DNA of 64,000 bases from a virus. A model generated the notes under the pieces. It ran no database searches. It was not told the origin of the DNA and saw only the letters and a program-made list of their open reading frames with translations. Both the position numbers and the translations under genes were made by a program. Shown piece after piece: positions 19,598 to 28,062 of the stretch (its first letter is position 1; every line of letters starts with the position of its first letter). Where the stretch lies: positions 6,872 through 70,871 of IMG/VR virus record IMGVR_UViG_3300042691_022081, one strand, 5' to 3'.

Positions 19598-20449
19598 TTA
19601 AATCTCCAATAAAATGTTAGGGTTCCAGCCAGTGTCCTCGCTGTAGCCATCGTTTTCGTATCCACGTGGGTTGCACACAATTCTTGTCTCACCAATCATA
19701 TAATCAAATGGATGATGAGTATGTCCATGTGTCCAAAGTTTGATTTGCGGATGATCCAAAATGAACTCACTGAGATCACTGTGGTATCCACCGTTCATCA
19801 ATGTGTCGTTACCATACATTGGATGACAGCTTTGGAAACTAGGACTGTGATGTCCAACGACAACGCACTTTTTGTCCTTGTGTTCTTCAACTATAACCTT
19901 AATGTACCCAAGAGTTCTGTCATGACGTATTGCTACATCTAACGCACTCATAGCGGCATAGTTTCTATGGTCATTTCGAATGATTCGAAAGTCGTTCATC
20001 ATTCCTTCAATGGCATGCATTGTAAGCGGATCACGCTTGTTCATGTTAGTCCAAAGTGTTCCACCAACAAACACAACATCATCGATAATCTTCATATCTT
20101 GTTCCAACATATAAATGTTGGGATACTTGGCACATTCTTCACGCATATAATCAATAGCTGCGTAAAACTTGCCATGATAGAATTCGTGATTGCCCATGAT
20201 GTAAATTACATGAGGAAATTGAAAACTACAACGTTTGAAGAAGTCACGGAACCGTTGAACACGCTGTTGTTTACGGCCAAGGTCCGGAATAACTCCATAC
20301 ATATTATAGCTAGGCAACTCCATATGGTCGTGGAGATCCTGGGCGATCATGATATCGCCACCGAGAATCAAAACGTCATAGTTATTATCGTTTTGAATGT
20401 TGATGTCACTGAACTCTAAATGAAGATCACTGACCAATTTAATACGCAT
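19598..20449 (-). CDS. Calcineurin-like metallophosphoesterase
   Basis: SDLHLE, GGDI, GNHE, HHSP, HGHTH and NPRGY motifs. Confidence 0.92.
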   Translation of the reverse strand: MRIKLVSDLHLEFSDINIQNDNNYDVLILGGDIMIAQDLHDHMELPSYNMYGVIPDLGRKQQRVQRFRDFFKRCSFQFPHVIYIMGNHEFYHGKFYAAIDYMREECAKYPNIYMLEQDMKIIDDVVFVGGTLWTNMNKRDPLTMHAIEGMMNDFRIIRNDHRNYAAMSALDVAIRHDRTLGYIKVIVEEHKDKKCVVVGHHSPSFQSCHPMYGNDTLMNGGYHSDLSEFILDHPQIKLWTHGHTHHPFDYMIGETRIVCNPRGYENDGYSEDTGWNPNILLEI

Positions 20450-21013
20450 TTAGTCCTCGTTTTCTATAAACTTCTGTGCATCTTCCTTAGTAAGACGCCC
20501 TGCTTTAATTTCTTCAAGTGCATGACGCAGTGCATCTTCAACGAACTCGTTGAAAGTCATATCACGGTCATGCGCCATTTTCATGTATTTTAACAGTTCT
20601 TCGTCCGAAAAGTCAACCGGAACTTGCACCCGTGTGTCATAGTCCTCTCCTGCCTTAATGGCAAGACATTTTTGGATAAAGTCATCAACAACATCCAAAT
20701 TTGTATACTCAACATCATCCCAAGCTTCGTTCAAATTAACATCACGCATCTCCGCTTCTTTGCGATGCTTTTCGTGAAACTTAGGATTAATCATTCGATA
20801 AGCACGGTCATTAGTATAATCGCAAACGTCTACTTCGTAGACTTTTTGGCTCTTAGTACTAAAAACAATATTAAAACTGTATCCGCCCTTGCCATGAATA
20901 CCGTTCCAACTACTTAGTTGATAACTATTAGGGCCGTAACAACCCCAACCATATTCGGCACCTTCGGTGATTTTATAGTCAACTAGTTCCATCCATTCTT
21001 TCATTGTAATCAT
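20450..21013 (-). CDS. Hypothetical protein, possible C-terminal ribbon-helix-helix
   Basis: C-terminal MKMAHDRDMTFNEFVEDAL. Confidence 0.65.
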   Translation of the reverse strand: MITMKEWMELVDYKITEGAEYGWGCYGPNSYQLSSWNGIHGKGGYSFNIVFSTKSQKVYEVDVCDYTNDRAYRMINPKFHEKHRKEAEMRDVNLNEAWDDVEYTNLDVVDDFIQKCLAIKAGEDYDTRVQVPVDFSDEELLKYMKMAHDRDMTFNEFVEDALRHALEEIKAGRLTKEDAQKFIENED

Positions 21014-21519
21014 TGCTCGTTTCCTTCTTTGAGTAATCTGCGTTCTTCTTCATATTCTGCCAAACGCCTGGCATGTTCTTCTTCACGCTTTTGTTCACAT
21101 GGCTTGCATTCTGTACGAACCCATCCACCGATACCGCCATTTTCGGCCTTTGGCCAATATGTTTCAGCTTGGGCACCACAGCCTTCACAGGTAACGCCTG
21201 ACATTGATTCAGCCATTGTGACCATGCCACGGATGTATTCGTCACCGCCACTATAATAAAAACGTAGTGTACCAAATTTTTCTTTAACTTGATCCAGCGT
21301 TACTTGCGGGCATCCGTCACCGCGATCAAACTTTTCTTTTTGTTGATTCTTCCAATCAATATGATGTTGGATATTACCCATAAGTCTGTCAAGGATATTG
21401 AACCAGCCATCGCCACACTCAAAGCCCCAACACATACAAGTTTCTGTCATGGGCCTGTTGCGATTGACCATCATCTTTGGATACTTTTCACACAACAACT
21501 TATCTAGTTCTTCTCTCAT
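21010..21519 (-). CDS. Conserved phage hypothetical protein with a Zn ribbon
   Basis: ECGDGW...QVKEKFGTLRFY...CEGCG...TECKPC. Confidence 0.7.
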   Translation of the reverse strand: MREELDKLLCEKYPKMMVNRNRPMTETCMCWGFECGDGWFNILDRLMGNIQHHIDWKNQQKEKFDRGDGCPQVTLDQVKEKFGTLRFYYSGGDEYIRGMVTMAESMSGVTCEGCGAQAETYWPKAENGGIGGWVRTECKPCEQKREEEHARRLAEYEEERRLLKEGNEQ

Positions 21520-21770
21520 TTTATCTCATCCGATGTTTCGACAAAGTCGTTAATAATTAAATTTAATGCTTCTATTCTACGAATATTTCCTGTGACATCT
21601 TCTGGATGCAACCAATAACCATCAGGGTTATCATCTGTCTTAGGATTCTTCTTCCATTCCGCCAACTCTTTTTTCAAATAGGAACGATAGTCCTTTAAGT
21701 TAAGACTAGTGATACGATCCGCTGTTTCACCATCAATCCACTGATAAGGTTTATGTTTTGACTTGCTCAT
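21516..21770 (-). CDS. Hypothetical protein
   Basis: Likely start MSKSKHK; ATGA overlap with the downstream gene. Confidence 0.6.
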   Translation of the reverse strand: MSKSKHKPYQWIDGETADRITSLNLKDYRSYLKKELAEWKKNPKTDDNPDGYWLHPEDVTGNIRRIEALNLIINDFVETSDEIK

Positions 21771-21772
21771 AG

Positions 21773-21898
21773 TTAACCCCAAATACTTTGAATAACACCG
21801 TAGATAAAAACACCAACTGCCGTACAAAAAATCAGTGGTTGAATAACGAAGAATATTAAAAATCCTTCAACAAATTTTGGGTCTAAAAAACGTTTCAT
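21773..21898 (-). CDS. Small membrane protein (41 aa)
   Basis: Manual translation MKRFLDPKFVEGFLIFFVIQPLIFCTAVGVFIYGVIQSIWG; ATGA overlap. Confidence 0.5.
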   Translation of the reverse strand: MKRFLDPKFVEGFLIFFVIQPLIFCTAVGVFIYGVIQSIWG

Positions 21899-22581
21899 TG
21901 TGCCGCCTTTACATAATGCAGTCTGGTAACATCATTGCCATGTTTCCAATGTTTGTTACAATCTTTAACTTTGGCTTTAACTATGACAGCAGGCCCAAGT
22001 TCAAGATTTGTTTTGTTCATCCAAGACACCATCTTGTTGTTTATTATAGCATCAATATTGAAACCTTCAAAGTTTTTTGACTTAATTGATGAAATTATTT
22101 CTGCGTCCAAATCTCTAAGTTGGGTTCCAATTTCTGCTAACGATCCTTCTTCAACAGCCCGTGAGGCTTTTTTAACTTTGGATTGTGCAATATCACGAAC
22201 ATATACACTGGGCAAACATGCCACATAACCAAATTGATTTTGTTTAACAGTATCTCCTGTCAGGATTGTGTTAATACTAGTTTGAAAATCGTTTTCGCCT
22301 TCAATGGCGCTAAACATAAATTTACGAAAATGCTTTTTAATTTCTTCGGCCAGTACAGTATCTTCAGGTAATATCTTAAGAGGCATTGGTGCATCTTTTG
22401 GATCGGCTGTCCAAATAGCAGGGTCCAGTGTGCAAAGCATCAACATCTTGTTGGTTTTTTTGGTAAACAAGAATACACCATCGTCTGCATAGATGTTTTC
22501 GCTTTCTTTGAGATAGGTTCCATTGATACGCTGAGCCGCACAAGCCAGCTCTAGCACTTGTTGGGTTGGAAACTCTTTCAT
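21895..22581 (-). CDS. Hypothetical protein, possible C-terminal OB fold
   Basis: Likely start MKEFPT; C-terminal VKAKVKD...TRLHYVK. Confidence 0.65.
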   Translation of the reverse strand: MKEFPTQQVLELACAAQRINGTYLKESENIYADDGVFLFTKKTNKMLMLCTLDPAIWTADPKDAPMPLKILPEDTVLAEEIKKHFRKFMFSAIEGENDFQTSINTILTGDTVKQNQFGYVACLPSVYVRDIAQSKVKKASRAVEEGSLAEIGTQLRDLDAEIISSIKSKNFEGFNIDAIINNKMVSWMNKTNLELGPAVIVKAKVKDCNKHWKHGNDVTRLHYVKAAQ

Positions 22582-22612
22582 GTCGCTCTCTGTGTGAGTT
22601 AATATACTGTGT

Positions 22613-22641
22613 ATTTTACATGAAAATGAAGTCTGTGTCAA
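22613..22641 (-). promoter_or_regulatory. sigma70-like promoter
   Basis: TTGACA-N17-TAAAAT. Confidence 0.75.
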
Positions 22642-23281
22642 TCTTTTTCAAACGGACATAGACTTTTTTGGTTAGTTGTTGCATAATTGGATCGTTTTGG
22701 TTTGGAAATTCGCCTTTATACATGCTCAAACATGGGCTTACAAAATGGTTGTTTACTTTGAATCTGCTCAAAGTTTCAACATTATGAAGATATCTTAGTG
22801 CTCTAGTTTTGCCTAAACTTCTACAAAGTTCAGTAGCAATTGAAATCGAGTATGCATCTATTTCGTCTGGGTCGGCTAGATATTCTTTATGCTCAGGTCC
22901 TCGGTCAGCACCCATTTTGAATTTACGTTTTCGGTATTGGCGCTGATGTCGTAACTCATGTACTACTGTATCAAACACCTGAATAAGTAGTTCGGTTGAA
23001 TGTTTTGGAAACCAAATGTGATCTTTAGGAAAGTTATGAGTAATAACTAGTTCGATACACTTATCACCCTCTTCATCGTCCATTGGGTCGTAGTATCCAT
23101 TAGCATAAAAAACTTCCGATGCTAGTGTTTTATCTCTATGGGTTTTTATTTTAAGTTCCATCCCGTTAAGACGAAACTCCCTACGAACTTGACTGAGCAG
23201 CTTTTGAAAACTTAAACCCGATTTTGTGCTAGATCTGATTGTGTTGCATATAGCACAAATAGTTTCCATCACGCTGTTCAT
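22616..23281 (-). CDS. Hypothetical HExxH (zincin-like) protein
   Basis: DTVVHELRHQRQ...EYLADPDEIDAY. Confidence 0.65.
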   Translation of the reverse strand: MNSVMETICAICNTIRSSTKSGLSFQKLLSQVRREFRLNGMELKIKTHRDKTLASEVFYANGYYDPMDDEEGDKCIELVITHNFPKDHIWFPKHSTELLIQVFDTVVHELRHQRQYRKRKFKMGADRGPEHKEYLADPDEIDAYSISIATELCRSLGKTRALRYLHNVETLSRFKVNNHFVSPCLSMYKGEFPNQNDPIMQQLTKKVYVRLKKIDTDFIFM

Positions 23282-23283
23282 AG

Positions 23284-23502
23284 TTACAACCTATAAGTTA
23301 CCCTACCTTTTGATAAATCATATGGACTAACTTCTATTTTGACAGAGTCACCCAAAATGATTCTAATCTTGTGTTGCTTTAATTTTCCACCCATGTAACA
23401 AAGTAAAGTATTAGGCATATTTTCCACCTTAACTCTAAACATGTTTCCTGGTAGCACTTCTTCAACAGACCCAACTAACTCAATAATGTCGTCTTTTGCC
23501 AT
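23284..23502 (-). CDS. infA: Translation initiation factor IF-1
   Basis: 72 aa; MAKDDIIE...LPGNMFRV...IRIILGDSV..EVSPYDLSKGRVTYR. Confidence 0.96.
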   Translation of the reverse strand: MAKDDIIELVGSVEEVLPGNMFRVKVENMPNTLLCYMGGKLKQHKIRIILGDSVKIEVSPYDLSKGRVTYRL

Positions 23503-23684
23503 TATGATTTTGTGACGATAATTTTACCGTCTTCTACTTTAATATCCAATATGTCTCCTTCTTTCCAGCCAGTAAGTGCTAACACTTCATCTGGAAACTT
23601 CATCATAACATTTTCAGAATCTCCAGGGATATCCTGAAAAATCTCTTCAGCTGTAAAAATAAATTTTTCTTTGTCTTCCATCAT
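23502..23684 (-). CDS. AbrB/MazE-like small DNA-binding protein
   Basis: FPDEVLALTGWKEGDILDIKVEDGKIIV swapped-hairpin pattern. Confidence 0.7.
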   Translation of the reverse strand: MMEDKEKFIFTAEEIFQDIPGDSENVMMKFPDEVLALTGWKEGDILDIKVEDGKIIVTKS

Positions 23685-23700
23685 ATATTTACTTTAAAAC

Positions 23701-24096
23701 TTAATCATCTTCCCATGGTACAGGAAACCAACCTAGCCTGTCAAGATCTGTGGCAATCTCGTCTGTAATAGTTCCTTCTGGAACAAACTTCATTTGGGCC
23801 ATGTACTCATCACCTTCTTTCAAATCGTAACTTGCAAGACCGCCCATACCACTACAGTAATAGTCCATATAGTCTTCACCGTTATTACGAAACCGTGCTA
23901 CAATTCCGCCTGCGCCACGCCAACTAGCTGACCATAAATCCTTGCTTGGATCTTGTCTAATAGCAGGCCAAAGATCTTTTGGGCACCAGCGCATATTACA
24001 CCATGCCGCATATAGGTTTTGAGCATAGTCATCACGTGTGCGGATTTTGTTTAGAATCTCCGCATCTTTGTAAATGTCCTCAACTAAGTCCCTCAA
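23701..24096 (-). CDS. Hypothetical phage protein
   Basis: YAQNLYAAWCN...SWRGAGGIVA...YMDYYCSG. Confidence 0.7.
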   Translation of the reverse strand: MRDLVEDIYKDAEILNKIRTRDDYAQNLYAAWCNMRWCPKDLWPAIRQDPSKDLWSASWRGAGGIVARFRNNGEDYMDYYCSGMGGLASYDLKEGDEYMAQMKFVPEGTITDEIATDLDRLGWFPVPWEDD

Positions 24097-24458
24097 TGGA
24101 AATCACCTCTAAAACAATGCAAAGTCTCATGTCCTAGGTTATGAATACTAGCCATTTTTGGAGTCATAATAATACATTCTTTGCCTTGCCAAAACGAACA
24201 AGCCTGAACTGCAAAGTTAAACACTTTGCCTCCACGCTTTTTTTGTTCTGCGTTACAAGCGGCATCGATATCTTTAACAACGACCCAACGCAATTTTACA
24301 TCCATTACTTCGTTTTTACTAGCGTCAAATTTTGTCTCAGGATTTTCCCAACCCTTAAACGTCATAACTCCAGTAGATACGGGAGGTTTAGTATTAAAAC
24401 TCATAGTTACAATTACTGTTACAAGTAGTAAGCAACCAATCAAAAATGCCTTTTTCAT
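24093..24458 (-). CDS. Secreted or membrane-anchored protein with a C-terminal HExxH
   Basis: Signal-like N-terminus; LGHETLHCFRG. Confidence 0.65.
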   Translation of the reverse strand: MKKAFLIGCLLLVTVIVTMSFNTKPPVSTGVMTFKGWENPETKFDASKNEVMDVKLRWVVVKDIDAACNAEQKKRGGKVFNFAVQACSFWQGKECIIMTPKMASIHNLGHETLHCFRGDFH

Positions 24459-24483
24459 TCCAGCCTCTGTGTGTAGTTAATAA

Positions 24484-24600
24484 TGGTGTAGACGGTAGGA
24501 TTCGAACCTACAAAGCCGCCATATTGGCTTGGCCTGTTCCTCCCAATGGCAGTTTGTTACATACCACCGGGAGAGGTCTACCAGTTCCACTCACGTCTAC
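24484..24600 (-). tRNA. Atypical tRNA-like RNA (Leu-like frame, enlarged anticodon arm, no assignable anticodon)
   Basis: Acceptor stem GTAGACG/CGTCTAC + A + CCA; D-loop GGAACTGGTAGAC; T arm GTAGG-TTCGAAT-CCTAC. CTCCC/GGGAG encloses 24 nt instead of 7; long variable arm; 117 nt in total. Confidence 0.75.
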
Positions 24601-24606
24601 ATGCAT

Positions 24607-24635
24607 AGTATATATTCGATATTGGATAAAGTCAA
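24607..24635 (-). promoter_or_regulatory. sigma70-like promoter of the tRNA-like gene
   Basis: TTGACT-N17-TATACT ending 6 nt upstream of the mature 5' end. Confidence 0.75.
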
Positions 24636-24676
24636 GTTATTTTGGTACCCTAGTTGCTATACGTTAAATACATCTA

Positions 24677-25645
24677 ATGAACTTTAACCAAATACCATTC
24701 GAACAAATTGTAAGTTTTGGACAACGTACCATGTTAGATCGTCCGTTGTTTTCTGTAAGTTGGATTCTTGGACGATTTTGTAATTATAATTGTAGCTACT
24801 GTTGGCCATATGCCCGTAGCGACAAATTGGATCACCAACCACTTGAAGTTTACAAATCCACAGTAGACGAGATTAAAAGACAAGCACGGGCCAATGGGTT
24901 TAACCAATTCCATTGGAGTTTTAGTGGTGGCGAACCAACTGCCTATAAACATCTTTTGGATTTAATCAAACACCTAGACGAAAAAGAAAGCAGTTACCAA
25001 AGTGTGCATATGACTACTAATTTGTCGCCAGGAAGTAAATGGTGGAAAAGTTGGTGTGATGCAACTGCTTTGTTACAACGAAGAAGTATTACAGCCAGCT
25101 TCCATGATGAATTTGCAGGAGAACAAGAGTTCGGTGACAAGTGTTTACAATTACAATATGAACTAGTACATGTTACTGTTAATCAAGTTATGGTTCCTGA
25201 AAAGTTTTATGAATTATATGAGCGTATGGCAAGATTTCATAAACGTGGAATCAATGTAACTCTTAAACCACAAAGTGATCTTACTGCTAGTCGTGTAGTT
25301 GATGGCTACACTGATGATATGATTAAACTAATGCAAGAAGGGTTTCCACAAAAATCACAAGGAGAAGACGTTTATCAGATTCGTCTCAACGATGGGGTTA
25401 AAGATTATTACTTTGATCAGGCTGAAAGATTTAATGCTTTTGGATTTAATAAATTTAAAGATTGGACTTGCAATAGCGGTTATCAAAGTGTTATAATAAG
25501 AAGCAACGAAGTTAAAAGAAGTTATAGTTGTCATGATGAACCTCTAGGAACTCTTGAACACTTTGAATTATTTAAGGAACCTAAACGCTGTATTACTCCC
25601 ACATGTGTAAGTTCAGCAGATAGTAAGATACCAAAATGCAAATAG
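24677..25645 (+). CDS. Radical SAM protein with a C-terminal twitch-like region
   Basis: CNYNCSYC, FSGGEPT and C-terminal CNSG...SC...C...C. Confidence 0.88.
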   Translation: MNFNQIPFEQIVSFGQRTMLDRPLFSVSWILGRFCNYNCSYCWPYARSDKLDHQPLEVYKSTVDEIKRQARANGFNQFHWSFSGGEPTAYKHLLDLIKHLDEKESSYQSVHMTTNLSPGSKWWKSWCDATALLQRRSITASFHDEFAGEQEFGDKCLQLQYELVHVTVNQVMVPEKFYELYERMARFHKRGINVTLKPQSDLTASRVVDGYTDDMIKLMQEGFPQKSQGEDVYQIRLNDGVKDYYFDQAERFNAFGFNKFKDWTCNSGYQSVIIRSNEVKRSYSCHDEPLGTLEHFELFKEPKRCITPTCVSSADSKIPKCK

Positions 25646-26229
25646 ATACAGAACATCTACATCATTGGATGCAGGCTATCCGACAAAGTTCAGACCCTAT
25701 ACGGACTATGGATGCATTTTGGTCAGGTCAACTTAAAAGCAAAGAGTGGTTAATTAAAAATTTACGACCACATGTAAAAAAATTTGTGTCAATAGACATA
25801 CACGGAGGTTGGGTTGGAGTATTGGCCAGTATGTTATTCCAAAGCGATGTTCCTGTATCTAATATCCGAAGTATTGATATTGATCCTACTTGTGAACCAA
25901 TTGCCACTAACATGAACAAAATAGAAGAGATGGTTGGAAAGTTTCGAGCTGTAACAGCAGACATGTGTACAGTTCGTAGCGATGCAGATGTTATCATCAA
26001 TACTAGTTGCGAACATATTACACAGGATCAATATGACTTGTGGTTAAGCGGGCATCCTCATAATAGTTTACTAGTTTTACAAAGTAATAATTACAATATC
26101 CCAGAACATGTTCGGATTGCCAAAGACTTGGAAGAATTTAAACAGCAGTGTCACATTAAAGTGCTATGGGCTGGAGAGTTAGAGCTTCCGTTGTATAAAA
26201 GATTTATGGTTATTGGTAAAACGCTATAA
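25636..26229 (+). CDS. Class I SAM-dependent methyltransferase-like protein
   Basis: IHGGWVGV, SIDIDP, TADM and DVIINTSCEH motifs. Confidence 0.7.
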   Translation: MQIDTEHLHHWMQAIRQSSDPIRTMDAFWSGQLKSKEWLIKNLRPHVKKFVSIDIHGGWVGVLASMLFQSDVPVSNIRSIDIDPTCEPIATNMNKIEEMVGKFRAVTADMCTVRSDADVIINTSCEHITQDQYDLWLSGHPHNSLLVLQSNNYNIPEHVRIAKDLEEFKQQCHIKVLWAGELELPLYKRFMVIGKTL

Positions 26230-26896
26230 CTTCTTTAGAGTATTTCTGCATACTTTTTTTAATTAATTCTTGATGTTTTAATTTATCTAAAGATCCAGAC
26301 ATGAATAACATGATTTTATCCTGACCAACAAAATTTGCACCGTGATAATGTTCGTCATTTGAAAAAGCAAAACAGGCTCTATGTTTTGGAATTTCAGGAT
26401 ATATTGGATTACTATCTTGAGTATTGCAAACATAAAAACTTTTATAGTCGTGCTTGGTAAGTAAAATATTATAACGTTTTGGCTCTAGATACAATGCTTT
26501 TGTATCGTCATTTTCTACTAAAGTAGAATCGTAAAGTTCTTCTTTTCCTCGGTCCATATGCGGATTAACTTCAGAGGTTTGCCTAAAAAGTACTGCGTAT
26601 GCTAGTTCTTTAAAAGGCAATTGATCTATAATTGCTGCGATTTCTGGAAATTCTTTATCAAAATTATTTAAATATTTGCCTTTTATGCCAGTATAAACAG
26701 TTTTTGTCCGTATTAATTCTAGCAGTGTAGGAATATCGTGTAATTGATCTTCATTAAGTCGCGCATAAACTGGAACAGTATCCCAGCAATTAGAAATGCT
26801 TTTGTCTAAAAAACTCTGGCGATTACAGTAGTCAATAATCTTTTGTTCATCAGGCAATGCTGTTTCTATATCTATAGGTAAAAAAGCTATTCCCAT
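26210..26896 (-). CDS. 2OG-Fe(II)/AspH-like oxygenase
   Basis: PHMD (HxD) ... HYHGA; similar to 60901-61539. Confidence 0.6.
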   Translation of the reverse strand: MGIAFLPIDIETALPDEQKIIDYCNRQSFLDKSISNCWDTVPVYARLNEDQLHDIPTLLELIRTKTVYTGIKGKYLNNFDKEFPEIAAIIDQLPFKELAYAVLFRQTSEVNPHMDRGKEELYDSTLVENDDTKALYLEPKRYNILLTKHDYKSFYVCNTQDSNPIYPEIPKHRACFAFSNDEHYHGANFVGQDKIMLFMSGSLDKLKHQELIKKSMQKYSKEVIAFYQ

Positions 26897-28062
26897 TATA
26901 GGTCTATATTAAGTAAATCTAGTTTTGTTTTAACAGGGTTTCTATTAAACAAATATCTATTAGGTGGACTGTCTGGCAATACAAGTTTCTGATTTTTCCA
27001 AATATCTCTTCTAATAATTTGATGTAGAAAGTTTGTAATACCGTCAGGCACAAAGTTACACCAAGGTCCACTACGTAACTCTTCCATATCAATGTTAGTT
27101 TCGTCACACCAACTAATCAAACGTACAATCTTATCTTCAATCTTAACCATTACATGATAAATGTTATTGTCTGCTTCGATGATGCGTTCAAAATGTTTGC
27201 CGTTGTCCTTACACCATTGCTCTGCACGTTTGTATAAGTTACTAACAAATGGTTGTTCAGTACTAGCATTACGACCTATCTCTGCACCATTACGGATGCG
27301 GAAGTTTTTAGGAGTCCATGGGTTACTAGTAATCTCGGTTAAGATGTAATCAAGTTCACTAAAGTCCACCATAGTATAACTAATGTAACCTATCTTAACA
27401 TCTTCTCTGTGCATGTTCTCAATAGCACTAACTTGCTTACGTCTTACTGTTTCGTGATCAATGTAACTTGGATGATTAAGACCAATATTAACACCTGCAA
27501 GTCCCGCTTCAACACACTTGTGAGAGAATTCAATATCATTAAAACGTATTCCGTTAGTCATTACACTAACATCTATTGCAGGGTGTAGCCCACGTATTGC
27601 TGTTACCAATTCTGGAAAGTCTTTGCGTAAGGTACTTTCAGCACCAGCGAGGATAATTCTATGTACTCCATCCTCACCCACCGGCATGGCTCGTATTTGA
27701 TCAAGCAATTCTTCTATAGAAGGATCGCGGGTATCGTTTTCTGGTAAATGATAACAATGTGGGCATTCTAAATTACAACGATCACTGCCTTCAATAAGTA
27801 CTCCGCCATTAAAATTAAACTGAGGATTATCCTGAGTATAATACAGGTTAGCGTAAAACTCATAATCAGCTTCAATCATGTGATGACTAACACCGTGTAT
27901 AGGACACGCTTTAGCAATAAACACTTGATTGTCTTTATGATATCGCCACGCAGGAATGTGCCTATGGCACTGATGACAAAGACTTACTGTTTGATCTAAC
28001 AAAGTTCCTTTGATGGATTCTTGTAACCTTTCAATGTTAGATTGATTAAATCCTATAATCAT
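26896..28062 (-). CDS. Radical SAM protein with an N-terminal Zn-ribbon-like region
   Basis: SLCHQC...CPIHG, RCNLECPHCY and MTNG motifs. Confidence 0.85.
   Translation of the reverse strand: MIIGFNQSNIERLQESIKGTLLDQTVSLCHQCHRHIPAWRYHKDNQVFIAKACPIHGVSHHMIEADYEFYANLYYTQDNPQFNFNGGVLIEGSDRCNLECPHCYHLPENDTRDPSIEELLDQIRAMPVGEDGVHRIILAGAESTLRKDFPELVTAIRGLHPAIDVSVMTNGIRFNDIEFSHKCVEAGLAGVNIGLNHPSYIDHETVRRKQVSAIENMHREDVKIGYISYTMVDFSELDYILTEITSNPWTPKNFRIRNGAEIGRNASTEQPFVSNLYKRAEQWCKDNGKHFERIIEADNNIYHVMVKIEDKIVRLISWCDETNIDMEELRSGPWCNFVPDGITNFLHQIIRRDIWKNQKLVLPDSPPNRYLFNRNPVKTKLDLLNIDL

Noticed and set aside
24446-24667. 73-aa plus-strand ORF
   Set aside because: It is an antisense shadow of the tRNA-like gene and its promoter.
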